DNA of 64,000 nt from an uncultured delta proteobacterium (GTDB taxonomy: Bacteria; Myxococcota_A; Polyangia; Polyangiales; Polyangiaceae), in contig CAWDXG010000001.1 of NCBI GenBank assembly GCA_963806225.1, positions 576,001-640,000 of the forward strand, given 5' to 3'. A program made the translations under genes and the position numbers. Positions 50,967 to 61,434 of this stretch are shown here, in pieces (within the stretch, counting starts at the first letter, position 1; each line of letters begins with the position of its first letter). The notes under the pieces are model-generated. The model was not told where the DNA came from. It did not search any database and saw only the letters and a list, made by a program, of their open reading frames with translations.

Positions 50967-51767
50967 CTATCGCCCCTTGAAGTCCGGCGGACGCTTCTCC
51001 ATGAAGGCGCTCATGGCCTCGCCCAGATCCTCCGAGGCGAGGAACGCGGAGTTCCACGCCGCGACGTACTCCAGCCCGTCGGCGACGCGGCGGTCGCGGC
51101 CGAAGTCCAGCACCTGCTTCACGCCACGCACGGTAAGCGGCGCGTTTTCGGCGATCTGTTGTGCTGTGCCGAGCGCCATCTGCTCGAGCTCCTTCTGGTC
51201 GCGTGCCACGTCGTTGACCAGTCCGATCTCGCGGGCGCGCGCCGCGTCGATGTCCTTGGCGGTAAATGCCAGCTCGCGTGTGTGACCCTGGCCGATGATC
51301 GGGGGCAGCCGCTGCAGGCTGCCGAGGTCCGCCACGATGGCGATGCGCGTCTCGCGCACGGAGAACTTCGCGTCTTCGGTCGCGTAGCGGATGTCGCAGG
51401 CGCTGATCAGATCGACTCCGCCGCCGATACACCAGCCGTGCGCCGCCGCGATCACCGGCACCGGGCAGTCCGCGACGGCGTCCAGGTAGCCCTGCAGCCG
51501 GCGGATCGTCGAAAACAGCTCCATGCGTGGCTTCGCCGTGCCGCCAGTGAACGCCGCGCCGAGCTCCTGGAAGGCGGCCGTCAGGTCGAGCCCGTAGGTG
51601 AAGTGTTTGGTCCGCGAGCGGACGACCACGGCCCGTACGTCTTGGTCGAGGGCGATTTCGCTGAATGCGCTGCCGAGCTCCTCGAACATCTTCGGCGGCA
51701 TGGTCGGCTTTTCGAGCCAGAGGGTGGTGATGTGCTCGCTCTTGTCGACGCTGATCGTCTCCGACAT
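50967..51767 (-). CDS. Crotonase family protein (dienoyl-CoA isomerase-like)
   Basis: HFTYGLDL, HGWCIGGGVDL, ADLGSLQRLP. Confidence 0.88.
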   Translation of the reverse strand: MSETISVDKSEHITTLWLEKPTMPPKMFEELGSAFSEIALDQDVRAVVVRSRTKHFTYGLDLTAAFQELGAAFTGGTAKPRMELFSTIRRLQGYLDAVADCPVPVIAAAHGWCIGGGVDLISACDIRYATEDAKFSVRETRIAIVADLGSLQRLPPIIGQGHTRELAFTAKDIDAARAREIGLVNDVARDQKELEQMALGTAQQIAENAPLTVRGVKQVLDFGRDRRVADGLEYVAAWNSAFLASEDLGEAMSAFMEKRPPDFKGR

Positions 51768-51832
51768 GGTCTCGCTCCTCGGCTGCCGCCCACGAATGGT
51801 GTAGGCTTGTCGCCCGCCCGACCTGATACGAC

Positions 51833-53116
51833 ATGCAGGCCGACGTTGCCATCATAGGAGCCGGAACCGCCGGTGCGGCGGCCGCAGCGCTATGCGCACG
51901 GGCGGGGCTGTCGACCGTGTGCGTGGATCGCCGCCCGCTGGCCGAGGCGGGCGCGCGCTGGATCAACGGCGTCCCCGCCTGGAGCTTCGACGAAGCAGGC
52001 ATCGACCAGCCCGCCGGCGAGGAGCTCCACGGCGCGGGCCACGCCTTCCATCTCGTGAGCGGTTGGGGCCCCGAGCGCATCGTCATGACCGACCACGAGG
52101 TGCTCGAGGTCGACATGCGGCACCTGGTGGCGCGGCTGCAGCGGATGGCGACCGATGCAGGGGCTCGCCTCGAGGGCGAAGTGGAGATCGGCGCCTTCGA
52201 CGGGCGCGAGCTCGAGAGCAGTGCCGGGACCCTACGCGCGCGCTGGTTCGTCGATGCCTCGGGCCTCGGCGGCGCGCGCCTGCTCCGGCAGCCGCGGGTC
52301 GCGCGCGGCGATCTGTGCGCGGCGGCGCAGGAGGTGCGCGCCGTCTCCGACCTGCCCCGCGCGCGCGCTTTCTTCGAGGAGCACGGCGTCCGTCCCGGGG
52401 ACACGGCGTGCTTCACCGGCATCGCGGGCGGCTACTCCATCGTCAATGTGCGCCTCGACGGCGATCGCATCGGCCTGCTCACCGGTAGCATCCCGGCCGA
52501 CGGGCACCCTTCCGGCCAGCAGCTGCTGGATGATTTCGTCGCCGAGCACGACTTCATCGGCCCAACGCTGTTCGGCGGCGCGCGCGCTGTCCCGCTGCGC
52601 CGCCCGCTCGACAGGCTGGCGACCGACAGGGTGGCGCTGCTCGGAGACGCCGCCTGCCAGGTCTTCAGCGCGCACGGCTCGGGCATCGGCGCCGGCATGG
52701 TCGCTGCGCGCATGCTCGCCGACGCGCTCTCGAAGGAAGGCGATCCGCAGGCCTACGCCGTGGCCTGGCAGCGCCGCTACGGAGGGCTGTTCGCCGCCTA
52801 CGACGTCTTCCGTCGCTTTTCGCAGACGCTGGGTCCGGACGATCTCGAACGCCTGATGACGTCCGGCCTGCTCGACGAGGCGGCGGCGCGCGCCGGTCTC
52901 CTCCAGCGGCTGCCAGCGCTCGAGCTCGGCACGCTCGGTGCCCGGCTGCGCGCGCTTTTGCGTGAGCGGCGCCTGGCACGCAAGCTCGCGGGTGTCGGCG
53001 CGCGGATGGCAGCCGCAGGTGCGCTCTATGCCCGCTACCCGGAGGAGCCCGCGCGGCTCGAGCGCTGGGCGAAGCGCGCTTCCCGCCTGCTCGACGCGGC
53101 CGCTGAGCCGGACTAG
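51833..53116 (+). CDS. FAD-dependent oxidoreductase (geranylgeranyl reductase-like)
   Basis: GAGTAG, DASG, LLGDAA..HGSGIG. Confidence 0.8.
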   Translation: MQADVAIIGAGTAGAAAAALCARAGLSTVCVDRRPLAEAGARWINGVPAWSFDEAGIDQPAGEELHGAGHAFHLVSGWGPERIVMTDHEVLEVDMRHLVARLQRMATDAGARLEGEVEIGAFDGRELESSAGTLRARWFVDASGLGGARLLRQPRVARGDLCAAAQEVRAVSDLPRARAFFEEHGVRPGDTACFTGIAGGYSIVNVRLDGDRIGLLTGSIPADGHPSGQQLLDDFVAEHDFIGPTLFGGARAVPLRRPLDRLATDRVALLGDAACQVFSAHGSGIGAGMVAARMLADALSKEGDPQAYAVAWQRRYGGLFAAYDVFRRFSQTLGPDDLERLMTSGLLDEAAARAGLLQRLPALELGTLGARLRALLRERRLARKLAGVGARMAAAGALYARYPEEPARLERWAKRASRLLDAAAEPD

Positions 53117-53178
53117 CGGACGCGCTTCCCGCTGCACGAAGATTGCCGTTCCCGCGTGGCCCGATATCCTCCGGAGCG

Positions 53179-54318
53179 ATGGCGGAGGAGAAGGGCTTCG
53201 CCGGTTCGCGCTACCTGTTGACCGCGGCCGGCGTGATCGTCGTGCTGGCCGGCCTGAAGGCGGGCCAGCCGCTGCTCGTGCCGCTCGTCTTGTCCGTGTT
53301 CCTGGCGGTGCTGGCGGCCCCGCTCGTGCTCTGGATGCAGCGGCACAGGGTGCCCACGATTGTCTCGGTGCCGCTGGTCGTGCTGGGCGTGGTGGCGGTG
53401 CTCGCCGCCGTCGGCGGTTTCGTCGGCAGCTCGGTGAACGCCTTCGTGGCCGCGTTGCCGCGCTACCAGACGGGTCTCGAAGACGTGGTCGGTGGCGGCG
53501 CGCGCTGGCTGACGGCGCACGGCATCGATCTTTCCAGCCGCCGCATGCGCACGCTGTTCAAGCCCTCCGCAGTGGTCAGCGTAATCGGCGGCACGCTGAC
53601 GCAGTTGGCGGCGGCGCTGTCGAACGCGCTGCTCGTGATCCTCACGATGGCGTTCATCCTGTTCGAGGTGACGGCGCTGCCCCGCAAGATCCGCACCGCG
53701 ATGGGTGATCCGGAGGCGGACCTGAGCCGCTTCTCGAAGGTGACCACCGAGGTCCAGAACTACATCGTCATCAAGACCTACGTCAGCGCGGCCACCGGCT
53801 TCCTCGTGTGGCTCCTGCTGGTCATCCTGGGGGTGGATTTCGCGGCGCTGTGGGGGCTGATCGCTTTCCTGTTGAACTACGTTCCGAACCTCGGCTCGAT
53901 CATCGCGGCCGTGCCACCGGTGCTGCTGGCCACCGTGCAGTTCGGGTTCGGGCGCGCCATGATCGTGGCGGCGGGTTTCTTCGCCATCAACATGATGATC
54001 GGCAACGTCGTCGAGCCCAACCTCCTCGGTCGGCGACTGGGGCTGTCGACGCTCGTCGTGTTCCTGTCCTTGATCTTCTGGGGCTGGCTCTGGGGTCCGG
54101 CCGGGATGTTGCTTTCCGTGCCGCTCACGATGGTGGTGAAGATCTTCCTCGAGCACAATCCGGAGTGGCGCTGGGTGGCGATCCTGATGGACCCCGCTGT
54201 GGAGTTGGAGCCCTCGATGGTGTCGCGATCGCGGCCGCCTCCGCCGCGGTCCGAGCCGCCGCCGTCACGGTCCGAGCCGCCGCCGTCACGGTCCGAGCCG
54301 CCGCCGTCGGCGGACTGA
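53179..54318 (+). CDS. AI-2E family transporter
   Basis: FLLNYVPNLG, EPNLLG, WGWLWGPAGMLLSVPL; C-terminal (RSEPPPS)3. Confidence 0.9.
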   Translation: MAEEKGFAGSRYLLTAAGVIVVLAGLKAGQPLLVPLVLSVFLAVLAAPLVLWMQRHRVPTIVSVPLVVLGVVAVLAAVGGFVGSSVNAFVAALPRYQTGLEDVVGGGARWLTAHGIDLSSRRMRTLFKPSAVVSVIGGTLTQLAAALSNALLVILTMAFILFEVTALPRKIRTAMGDPEADLSRFSKVTTEVQNYIVIKTYVSAATGFLVWLLLVILGVDFAALWGLIAFLLNYVPNLGSIIAAVPPVLLATVQFGFGRAMIVAAGFFAINMMIGNVVEPNLLGRRLGLSTLVVFLSLIFWGWLWGPAGMLLSVPLTMVVKIFLEHNPEWRWVAILMDPAVELEPSMVSRSRPPPPRSEPPPSRSEPPPSRSEPPPSAD

Positions 54319-54350
54319 GCAGCGCGATCGGGCTTCGCTAGCCGGGCGGG

Positions 54351-55310
54351 CTAGCGCCGGCGTTTGATCTTCGACCACTTGATGCCGTGGCCGGTGGCCT
54401 GCGGTTGGCTGTCGCCCGGCTCGCCGTGCACATTCTCCACCTTCCATCGCCTGCCGCCGAGCTCCAGGGCGAAGTGGCGCTTCAGGATCTCCTGCATCTT
54501 CGTCGCGTCGGTCAGCGTGCACATCGATTCCGGTGTGAGCCCGTGACTCAGCTGGCAATCGACGTAGGCAACGCTCTCGCCGTTGTCGAGTTCTACGCGC
54601 TCCTCGGTGACGCGCATCGACTGCGTCGTAGGTAGCGTTGCCGCATACAGCGACACCGGCAGACCGCGGCGGCTCGCCTCCTGGTAGGCCGCGATCTGCT
54701 GCTCGCGGGTCACGGGCGCGCGCAGCTGTTGAGCTGCGATGAGCAGCGTCGCTTCGCGGCGGCGGCTGCGCACGCCCAGTGCCCCGAGCACGGCCGCGAG
54801 GTCTTCGAGCACGTTTGCTTCCAGGCCGTCGGAGAGCAGCGCAAGGTTCTTGGCGTAGAAGCGCACGCGCGAGGGGAAGTACACCGTCAGGTCCAGCGCT
54901 TCGGAGAGCCCGCTCTCCGGCACGGCGATGCGGCCAGCGTCGGCGCGCGAGCTGCGCGTCTCGAGCGTGTCGGGAGGCGCCAGCACGATGTTCGTGAACT
55001 TCTGTCCGCCGAACCCGGAGATCGCGTCCGACAGGAGCTTGTCCGGTGCGACCTCCTTGACGAGCGCGCGCGCGTGCACGTCGAGCCGCTGCAGCACCCG
55101 GCGTGCGCCCTTGTGAGCGTACGCAGCCTCGATCTGCACGTCGGCTCCCTCGAGCTTGTCCGCGTCGAGATCGATCGCGAGCACGCCGACGGGCTCCTGC
55201 TTGCCTTCGCCGGAGACCGCAGCCTGGGCCCGGTTGACAATGCCGAACAGTCCGTCGTCCGGCTGGCTCTCGATGCTGATGGACTCCACGCCTGTTCGCT
55301 CCGGCCCCAT
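54351..55310 (-). CDS. Hypothetical protein
   Basis: GC3-rich ORF; no motif recognised; start uncertain. Confidence 0.7.
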   Translation of the reverse strand: MGPERTGVESISIESQPDDGLFGIVNRAQAAVSGEGKQEPVGVLAIDLDADKLEGADVQIEAAYAHKGARRVLQRLDVHARALVKEVAPDKLLSDAISGFGGQKFTNIVLAPPDTLETRSSRADAGRIAVPESGLSEALDLTVYFPSRVRFYAKNLALLSDGLEANVLEDLAAVLGALGVRSRRREATLLIAAQQLRAPVTREQQIAAYQEASRRGLPVSLYAATLPTTQSMRVTEERVELDNGESVAYVDCQLSHGLTPESMCTLTDATKMQEILKRHFALELGGRRWKVENVHGEPGDSQPQATGHGIKWSKIKRRR

Positions 55311-55420
55311 GCGGGGCCATCCTCGCATTTTCCGGGCCGGTCGGGGGGGGGACTCGAGCTGCCCTCGACCGCGTCGCGATCCCTGGCATCGGCGGGCCCG
55401 TTCTGCAAGCATCCGCGAGC

Positions 55421-56182
55421 ATGAGCGACTCGTCGGAAATGGAGCGTTGGAAGGGCCGGGTCGCACTCGTCACCGGCGCTTCCTCCGGAATCGGACGTGC
55501 CACGGCCCTGGAGCTCGGGCGCGCAGGCATGAAGGTCGCCGTCTGCGCGCGCCGCGAGGGGCCTCTGCGCGAGCTCGAGGCCGAGCTCGGAGCGTCGGAG
55601 CTGCTCCCGCTGGTTGCCGATCTGCGCAGGGAAGACGACATCGGGCGCCTGTTTACGACTCTGCGCGAGCGCTGGGGCGGCGTTGACGTGCTTGTAAACA
55701 ACGCCGGGCTCGGGCATGCGGCGTTGCTGCTGTCGGGGAGCACGGAAGAGTGGCGCGAGATGCTCGAGGTCAATGTCCTGGCCCTGTGCGTCTGCACCCG
55801 CGAAGCCCTGTCCGACATGTTCCGCCGCGGTGACGACGGACACGTGGTGCACATCTCCTCCATGGCCGGGCATCGCGTCCCGTCCGGCAGCGGAGTGTAT
55901 TCGGCGACGAAGTACGCGGTCCGCGCGCTGACCGAGGCACTGCGCCAGGAGCTCAGGGAGCGGAACAGCTCGATCCGCGTCAGCGCCATCAGTCCCGGCT
56001 ACGTGGAGACCGGCTTCGCCGAGCACTACCACAAGAGCGCCGAGGCCGCGGAGCACACGTACGGACGCTACAAAGTCCTCGAAGCCGGGGATATCGCGCG
56101 CGCCGTTCGTTTCGTGCTCGAGAGCCCGCCGCACATGCAGGTGCACGACATCCTGATCCGCCCGCGCGACCAACCGGGCTAG
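55421..56182 (+). CDS. SDR oxidoreductase (DHRS11-like)
   Basis: TGASSGIG, NNAG, YSATK, ISPGYVET. Confidence 0.9.
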   Translation: MSDSSEMERWKGRVALVTGASSGIGRATALELGRAGMKVAVCARREGPLRELEAELGASELLPLVADLRREDDIGRLFTTLRERWGGVDVLVNNAGLGHAALLLSGSTEEWREMLEVNVLALCVCTREALSDMFRRGDDGHVVHISSMAGHRVPSGSGVYSATKYAVRALTEALRQELRERNSSIRVSAISPGYVETGFAEHYHKSAEAAEHTYGRYKVLEAGDIARAVRFVLESPPHMQVHDILIRPRDQPG

Positions 56183-56778
56183 CGAAGCACCCGTTTCAGG
56201 AAGGCGGCGAGCGCGGCGAGAATCTGCTCGTCGACGTCGTCCTGGGTCTCGGCGTTCGTCTTGAGGCGCGTTTTCGTCGCCTGTAGGGAGTGGTTGCCCG
56301 CCTCCACTACGAACAGCTCGCTCTGTGCTTTCATCCTGCGCCTCACCCCGGCCAGAAGCTCCAGCGGACACAGCGGATCGCGTGTGCCCTGCACGAACAG
56401 GATCGGCGTCTGGAGCGCGAGCAGGACCTCGTCCCGCACGGCGCCCGTCTTGCCGGCGCCCTTGAGCGGATATCCGAGGCACACGAGCGCGTCGACGGGC
56501 TCCTCGAGCGCCAGATGGCAGCCCACGCGCGAGCCCATGCTCTTGCCGATCAAGACCACGGGGCCCCGGTGTCCGCGGCGGGCCGAGGCGAGCGCCTCGC
56601 GGTGCGCCTCGATCAGCTTCGGAAGGCGATCGGGCGAACGTCGGCCTGCCTGCATGTAGGGGTAGTCGAAGCCGACCACCTTGCCGAGCGTCTGCAGCCG
56701 GTCGCTCCAGGCGATCATCCAGGGCGAGCTGGACGCGGCGCCGGCGCCGTGGGCGAACACGAATAGCGGGCGAGCCAT
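56179..56778 (-). CDS. Alpha/beta hydrolase (KANSL3-like)
   Basis: HGAGA, GKSMG, LGYPL, QGTRD, NHS. Confidence 0.85.
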   Translation of the reverse strand: MARPLFVFAHGAGAASSSPWMIAWSDRLQTLGKVVGFDYPYMQAGRRSPDRLPKLIEAHREALASARRGHRGPVVLIGKSMGSRVGCHLALEEPVDALVCLGYPLKGAGKTGAVRDEVLLALQTPILFVQGTRDPLCPLELLAGVRRRMKAQSELFVVEAGNHSLQATKTRLKTNAETQDDVDEQILAALAAFLKRVLR

Positions 56779-57068
56779 CGAGCCGATGTTCGCTTCGGTG
56801 CCGGCAGGAGGCTAGCGGAAAAGGGCCGGGTCGGGAGCGGGAGGAGGGTCGCGTTTTCGCGGGAGCTCCCGACCCGGCCGGGGGCGAACCGTGTTGCCTA
56901 TGCCTGGGAGTACGGGTGCTATAGGCCGGAGCATAAGGGGCGAGGTGACCGAATCCGATCCACGGATGAAGACGATCGCCGCTTGCGGCGTTGGTTGGGT
57001 TGGTCACACTCTGCGCCGCTCGGGGCGCGCCGGCAGCCGCGTGCCCGCTAGACGCCTGTCTCCTCCCC

Positions 57069-58466
57069 ATGCAGATCGGTCTTCAACAGATGCTTCCGGC
57101 ACCGGTTTCATCGCCCGCGAGGGCGGAGTTCCGGGCGCTCATGCGCCTGGCGGTTCCGCTTGCCGCAGCGAACCTCGGCCAGGTGCTGATCGGGGCGGTC
57201 GATACCGCGGTGGTGGGACGCCTGGGCGAGATCGAGCTCGGCGCGGCTGGGCTCGGCAACTCGGTGTTCTTCGTAGTCGCCGTCGTCGGCATGGGCATCA
57301 TGCTCGGTCTCGACCCGCTCGTGGCCCAGGCGATCGGTGCGGACGAGCCGGCTCGGGCGCGCCGCATGCTGTGGCAGGGCGGGTTTCTGGCGTTGCTGCT
57401 CGGTGCGCCGATCGCGCTGGCGGTGGCGGGCCTCGGCACGCTCCTCGAGCGGTTCGGCATCGCCCACGTGACCGCCGAGCCCACCCGCGCCTACCTGTTC
57501 GCGCGACTGTTCGGTCTGGTGCCGTTCCTGTTGTTCGTCGCCTGTCGCAGCTACCTGCAAGCCGTTTCCATCACGCGCCCGGTGGTGGTGTCCGTGGTCG
57601 TCGCCAATCTCCTCAACCTGCCGCTCAGCTGGGCGCTGGTCTTCGGAGATGCCGGGCTGGTCCGGTTCGGGCTGCCCGCGCTCGGCGTGCCGGCGCTCGG
57701 CGTGGCGGGTGCGGCCTGGGCCAGCACCGCGTGCACCGTCGCGCAGATGCTGGTGCTGATGTACGCCGTGAGGAAGGTTCAGCTGCCGGGCGCCCGGGAG
57801 CGCTTTGTGCCGAGTCGCGAGCTGATGAAGAAGGCGCTGGTTCTCGGCGCGCCGATCGGTCTGACGATGGCCGCGGAGTTCGGCGTCTTCAGTCTGGTCA
57901 ACGTACTGATGGGCAACATCGACGCCCGGGCGCTGGCCGGCCACCAGGTGGCCATCACGCTCGCCAGTGCCACGTTCATGGTTCCGGTCGGCATCGGTGC
58001 GGCGGCCTCGGTGCGCGTCGGGCACGCCATTGGACGCGGCGATGGGCCCGGCACGCGACGGGCGGGAATCATCGGGCTCTCGAGCGGCATGGCCTTCATG
58101 AGCCTGGCGGCGCTGACCTTCCTGCTCCTGCCGAGGGAGCTGGCCGGCGTTATCACCGACAAGCGCGACGTGATCGCCGCGGCGGTGCCGTTGCTGTTCA
58201 TCGCGGCCGTCTTCCAGCTCTCCGACGGCGCGCAGGCGGTTCTCGCCGGGGCGCTGCGCGGCGCCGGCGACACGCGCTTCCCGCTGTTCGCCAATCTGGC
58301 GGGTCACTACCTGATCGGTCTGCCGCTCGGCGTGCTTCTGGCGTTCCACACCGGGCTGGGCGCGCGGGGGCTCTGGTGGGGGCTCAGCGCCGGTCTGACC
58401 GGCGTCGCCGTGGCGCTGTCGATCCGTTTCATGCGGATTTCGTCACGGCGCGTGGTTCGGGTCTAG
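57069..58466 (+). CDS. MATE family efflux transporter
   Basis: VDTAVVGRLG, LAGHQVA, FQLSDG..GALRGAGDTR. Confidence 0.92.
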   Translation: MQIGLQQMLPAPVSSPARAEFRALMRLAVPLAAANLGQVLIGAVDTAVVGRLGEIELGAAGLGNSVFFVVAVVGMGIMLGLDPLVAQAIGADEPARARRMLWQGGFLALLLGAPIALAVAGLGTLLERFGIAHVTAEPTRAYLFARLFGLVPFLLFVACRSYLQAVSITRPVVVSVVVANLLNLPLSWALVFGDAGLVRFGLPALGVPALGVAGAAWASTACTVAQMLVLMYAVRKVQLPGARERFVPSRELMKKALVLGAPIGLTMAAEFGVFSLVNVLMGNIDARALAGHQVAITLASATFMVPVGIGAAASVRVGHAIGRGDGPGTRRAGIIGLSSGMAFMSLAALTFLLLPRELAGVITDKRDVIAAAVPLLFIAAVFQLSDGAQAVLAGALRGAGDTRFPLFANLAGHYLIGLPLGVLLAFHTGLGARGLWWGLSAGLTGVAVALSIRFMRISSRRVVRV

Positions 58467-58522
58467 CGCCGCGCCGCGCTTCCGGGCACACGCCGCACGC
58501 TGCGCTAGACTCGGGCGTCTAC

Positions 58523-59173
58523 GTGGATCTCCCCCTGCCCATCACGGCCTCCCTGGTTCGGCGGGCACTCTTGCTGCCGAGCCCTTTGCCGTCACCCATC
58601 ACGCGACCTGGAGCGAAGCCAGCTGCCGTCGTCGTCCCGATCCGTTTCGATCCGGTGCCGTCGGTGATCGCTGTCGTGCGTTCGGAACAGCTGCGCGATC
58701 ATCCCGGCGAGGTCGGCTTTCCCGGCGGCAAGCTCGAGCCGGAGGATTGCGACCTCCGTGCCGCCGCGTTCCGCGAGGTCCACGAGGAAGTCGCGCTCGG
58801 CGGGGGCGATCTCGACGAGCTGGGAACGCTGTCTCCGATCCCGGTCGTCACCGGTCGCTTCCTGATCCATCCCTTCGTCGCAGCAGTCCTGCCCGGGGCC
58901 AGGCCGCGCATCGCGAGCAGCGAGCTGTCGCGGATGGTGGAGCTGCCGCTCGCGCCGTGGATCACCGGAGAGAGCCGCCACGGAGCAGTCCCCACTGAAT
59001 GGCGTGGGAAGAGCTGGCTGTTGCCCCACTTCGAGGTTGCCGACCGCGTGCTGTACGGCGCGAGCGCGTTCATTTTCTACGAGCTCCTGCTCAAGCTGTG
59101 CAGCGTGCTGGGCGTCGAGATGCCGGAGCCGCGGGTCCAGCACGACTACCCGTGGGGCAGCCGCTACGCGTAG
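58523..59173 (+). CDS. Nudix hydrolase (CoA pyrophosphatase-like)
   Basis: HPGEVGFPGG..AAFREVHEEV. Confidence 0.88.
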   Translation: MDLPLPITASLVRRALLLPSPLPSPITRPGAKPAAVVVPIRFDPVPSVIAVVRSEQLRDHPGEVGFPGGKLEPEDCDLRAAAFREVHEEVALGGGDLDELGTLSPIPVVTGRFLIHPFVAAVLPGARPRIASSELSRMVELPLAPWITGESRHGAVPTEWRGKSWLLPHFEVADRVLYGASAFIFYELLLKLCSVLGVEMPEPRVQHDYPWGSRYA

Positions 59174-59340
59174 CGTCGGGGCGGGGCTCGTGCATCCAGA
59201 GCGAAAGCTTCCCGTGCTACCAGAAGCGTGGTGATCGCTCCGCGACGTGGAAGTCTATCCGGTTGCATCCGGCTTTCCGGCCAGCTTGACAGGCAAGTTC
59301 AGCGGGTGGGAAAAAGCTGACCCGCGCCGAGTCCTTGAAC

Positions 59341-60870
59341 ATGTCGGAGATCTCGCTGTCCCGCTCTGGCGTCCAGTCTGGTGTACCGCAGAGCGCCCCG
59401 CGATGGAGCCGTCTGTGGGCGCTGGGTCTGGCGTTGGTGTCGCTTTTGGCGGCCGCACCGGCCAGCGCGGCGTCGCCCGACGTCCCGGCCCGGCGCCTCG
59501 AAGACCAGGCGATGAACCAGGACTACCTGGCGACGGACTTCAAGGCGGCCGAGAAGAAGCTGAAGCGGGCCGTCCGCGTTTGCCAGTCCGGCTGCTCCAC
59601 GCAGCTGCTCGGACGCATCCTGCGGGACCTGGCGACCGTGTACATCGTCGGCCTGAAGGATCCGGCGCACGGCCTCGAGGCGATGCAGAACGCGGTCGCC
59701 TCGGATCCATCGCTGAAGCTGGATCCGGCGTTCGTGACACCCGAGCTGCAGTCCGCCTACGAGGCGGCTGGCGGCAAGAGCAAGGGCAAGGGCAAGGGCA
59801 CGGCAGGGCCTGCCAGCTCGGGCCAGCTCCAACACGAGCCGGTGACCGAACAGCGCCGGGGGACTCCTGTTCCGATCTACGTCGAAGCGCCCGGTGACGT
59901 GGGCGCGAAGAAGTTCAGGCTCTACTATCGTTCGGCGCCGGACAAGCCCTGGCACTCCAAGCACATGCACCCGGTCGGCGACGGCTACGGCGCGGAGATC
60001 CCTTGCGATGCCGTCAGCGACAGCGACGCGGTGCAGTACTACGTGCGCGCCGTCGACGACGACGACCGCGTGATGGCCAGCGCGGGCTCGCCGGACGATC
60101 CCTACAAGGTCGAGCTCGTTCAGGAGCTGTACGGCGACGCTCCGCGCCTGCCCGGAAGCGAGCCGCCGGAAAGCTGCAGCGGAGGGGGCGCGAGCTCGAA
60201 AGGCGGGCCTTCCCCGGCATGGCTGAGTCTTTCGCTGGAGCAGGACTTGGCGTTCGTCGGGGGCGACGACGTATGCTCGCCGCAGAGCCAGATCGAGAAG
60301 GGGTTTTCGTGCTTCCGCCAGGACGGCGTGCAGTATCACGGCACGCCGCTGCCGGGGCAGGGCGGTCACATCGGCAGTGGGCTGGCGCTGGCGACGACGC
60401 GGTTGCTGCTCGGCAGCGATCTGCTGCTGGGGAGTCGGTTCAGCGTCGGGCTCCGTCTCGGCTACGTGCTCCAGGGCGGGGCACCGCAGTCCGACGGCGG
60501 CAAGCGCTTCTTCCCGCTGCACGCCGAGGCACGCCTCGCCTACTACTTGTCCCAGGACGGGATGAACGGCGGCGGGCTCGTCCCGTTCGTGTTTGCGGCC
60601 GGCGGGCTCGCCCAGGTCGACGTGAAGAAGTCCGTGCCGGTGATCGAGAACCGCAAGGTGCCCCCGCCACCGAGCCAGATCGACAACCCGCCCGGTCAGA
60701 TGCTCGATGCGTGGAAGAAGGCGGGAATGTCGTTCGCCGGGCTGGGCGGGGGCGTCTACTGGGAACTCGGACACCACAACGGCATCCTCGCCGAGCTGAA
60801 GCTGATGCAGCTGTTCCCGTCGAGCGGCACCGCCGCGTCGCTCTCGCTGGGCTACACGCTCGGGCTGTAG
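59341..60870 (+). CDS. Secreted protein with TPR-like N-terminus and possible C-terminal beta-barrel
   Basis: Signal peptide; VQYYVRAVD; terminal SLGYTLGL. Confidence 0.65.
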   Translation: MSEISLSRSGVQSGVPQSAPRWSRLWALGLALVSLLAAAPASAASPDVPARRLEDQAMNQDYLATDFKAAEKKLKRAVRVCQSGCSTQLLGRILRDLATVYIVGLKDPAHGLEAMQNAVASDPSLKLDPAFVTPELQSAYEAAGGKSKGKGKGTAGPASSGQLQHEPVTEQRRGTPVPIYVEAPGDVGAKKFRLYYRSAPDKPWHSKHMHPVGDGYGAEIPCDAVSDSDAVQYYVRAVDDDDRVMASAGSPDDPYKVELVQELYGDAPRLPGSEPPESCSGGGASSKGGPSPAWLSLSLEQDLAFVGGDDVCSPQSQIEKGFSCFRQDGVQYHGTPLPGQGGHIGSGLALATTRLLLGSDLLLGSRFSVGLRLGYVLQGGAPQSDGGKRFFPLHAEARLAYYLSQDGMNGGGLVPFVFAAGGLAQVDVKKSVPVIENRKVPPPPSQIDNPPGQMLDAWKKAGMSFAGLGGGVYWELGHHNGILAELKLMQLFPSSGTAASLSLGYTLGL

Positions 60871-60885
60871 GCGCGGTCGAGAAGG

Positions 60886-61434
60886 TCAGAGCCCCTGGAA
60901 CGGCTTCGGGGTGTGCGGAAGCGCCAGCCCGTCGGCGCAGGCGGTGCCACTGCCTTTGCCGGTGAGCCACCCGATCAGACAGCGGTCGGCCGCACCGCCG
61001 GTCTTGAGCACGGTTCCGCCCTTGTGGTGCTCGGTGCCGCGAGCCTTGCGCACGATGGTCAGCTCCGTGGGGTCGCCGTGCTGGAACAGTACCTTGCCCA
61101 TGATCTCCGGCTCCAGCGTCAGCACGGAGGTGTAGGTCGCCTGGTATTCCGCGTCGGTGGTGTCGCCGCTCACGCCGGGGACGTCCGCCGGATCAAGCCT
61201 GAGGCCGCGGTAGGAGTAGATGCGCAGGCTGCGCGCAGTGCTGCCGTGGCAGTCGAGCGTGCCGCAGCGCTTGCCGAGCATGTCGGCGACCGTTTTGAAC
61301 GTGGCGGTATCGGGGCCTTTGAACTGCGTGCGGCCGTCCGCCGACGGTCCCGAACACGCCGACGCCGACAGTAGGACCAGTACGCCGCCGACCAGCGCGG
61401 CGCCGAAAGAGTGGAGGAGCGTGTGCGCGTTCAT
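60886..61434 (-). CDS. Lipoprotein with atypical heme-binding-like motif
   Basis: Lipobox SAC; CGTLDCH (CX4CH); HKGG. Confidence 0.65.
   Translation of the reverse strand: MNAHTLLHSFGAALVGGVLVLLSASACSGPSADGRTQFKGPDTATFKTVADMLGKRCGTLDCHGSTARSLRIYSYRGLRLDPADVPGVSGDTTDAEYQATYTSVLTLEPEIMGKVLFQHGDPTELTIVRKARGTEHHKGGTVLKTGGAADRCLIGWLTGKGSGTACADGLALPHTPKPFQGL

Noticed and set aside
49585..52422. 945-aa ORF
   Set aside because: Only 49585..50892 is Gsk; the rest is shadow frame over the crotonase and oxidoreductase genes.
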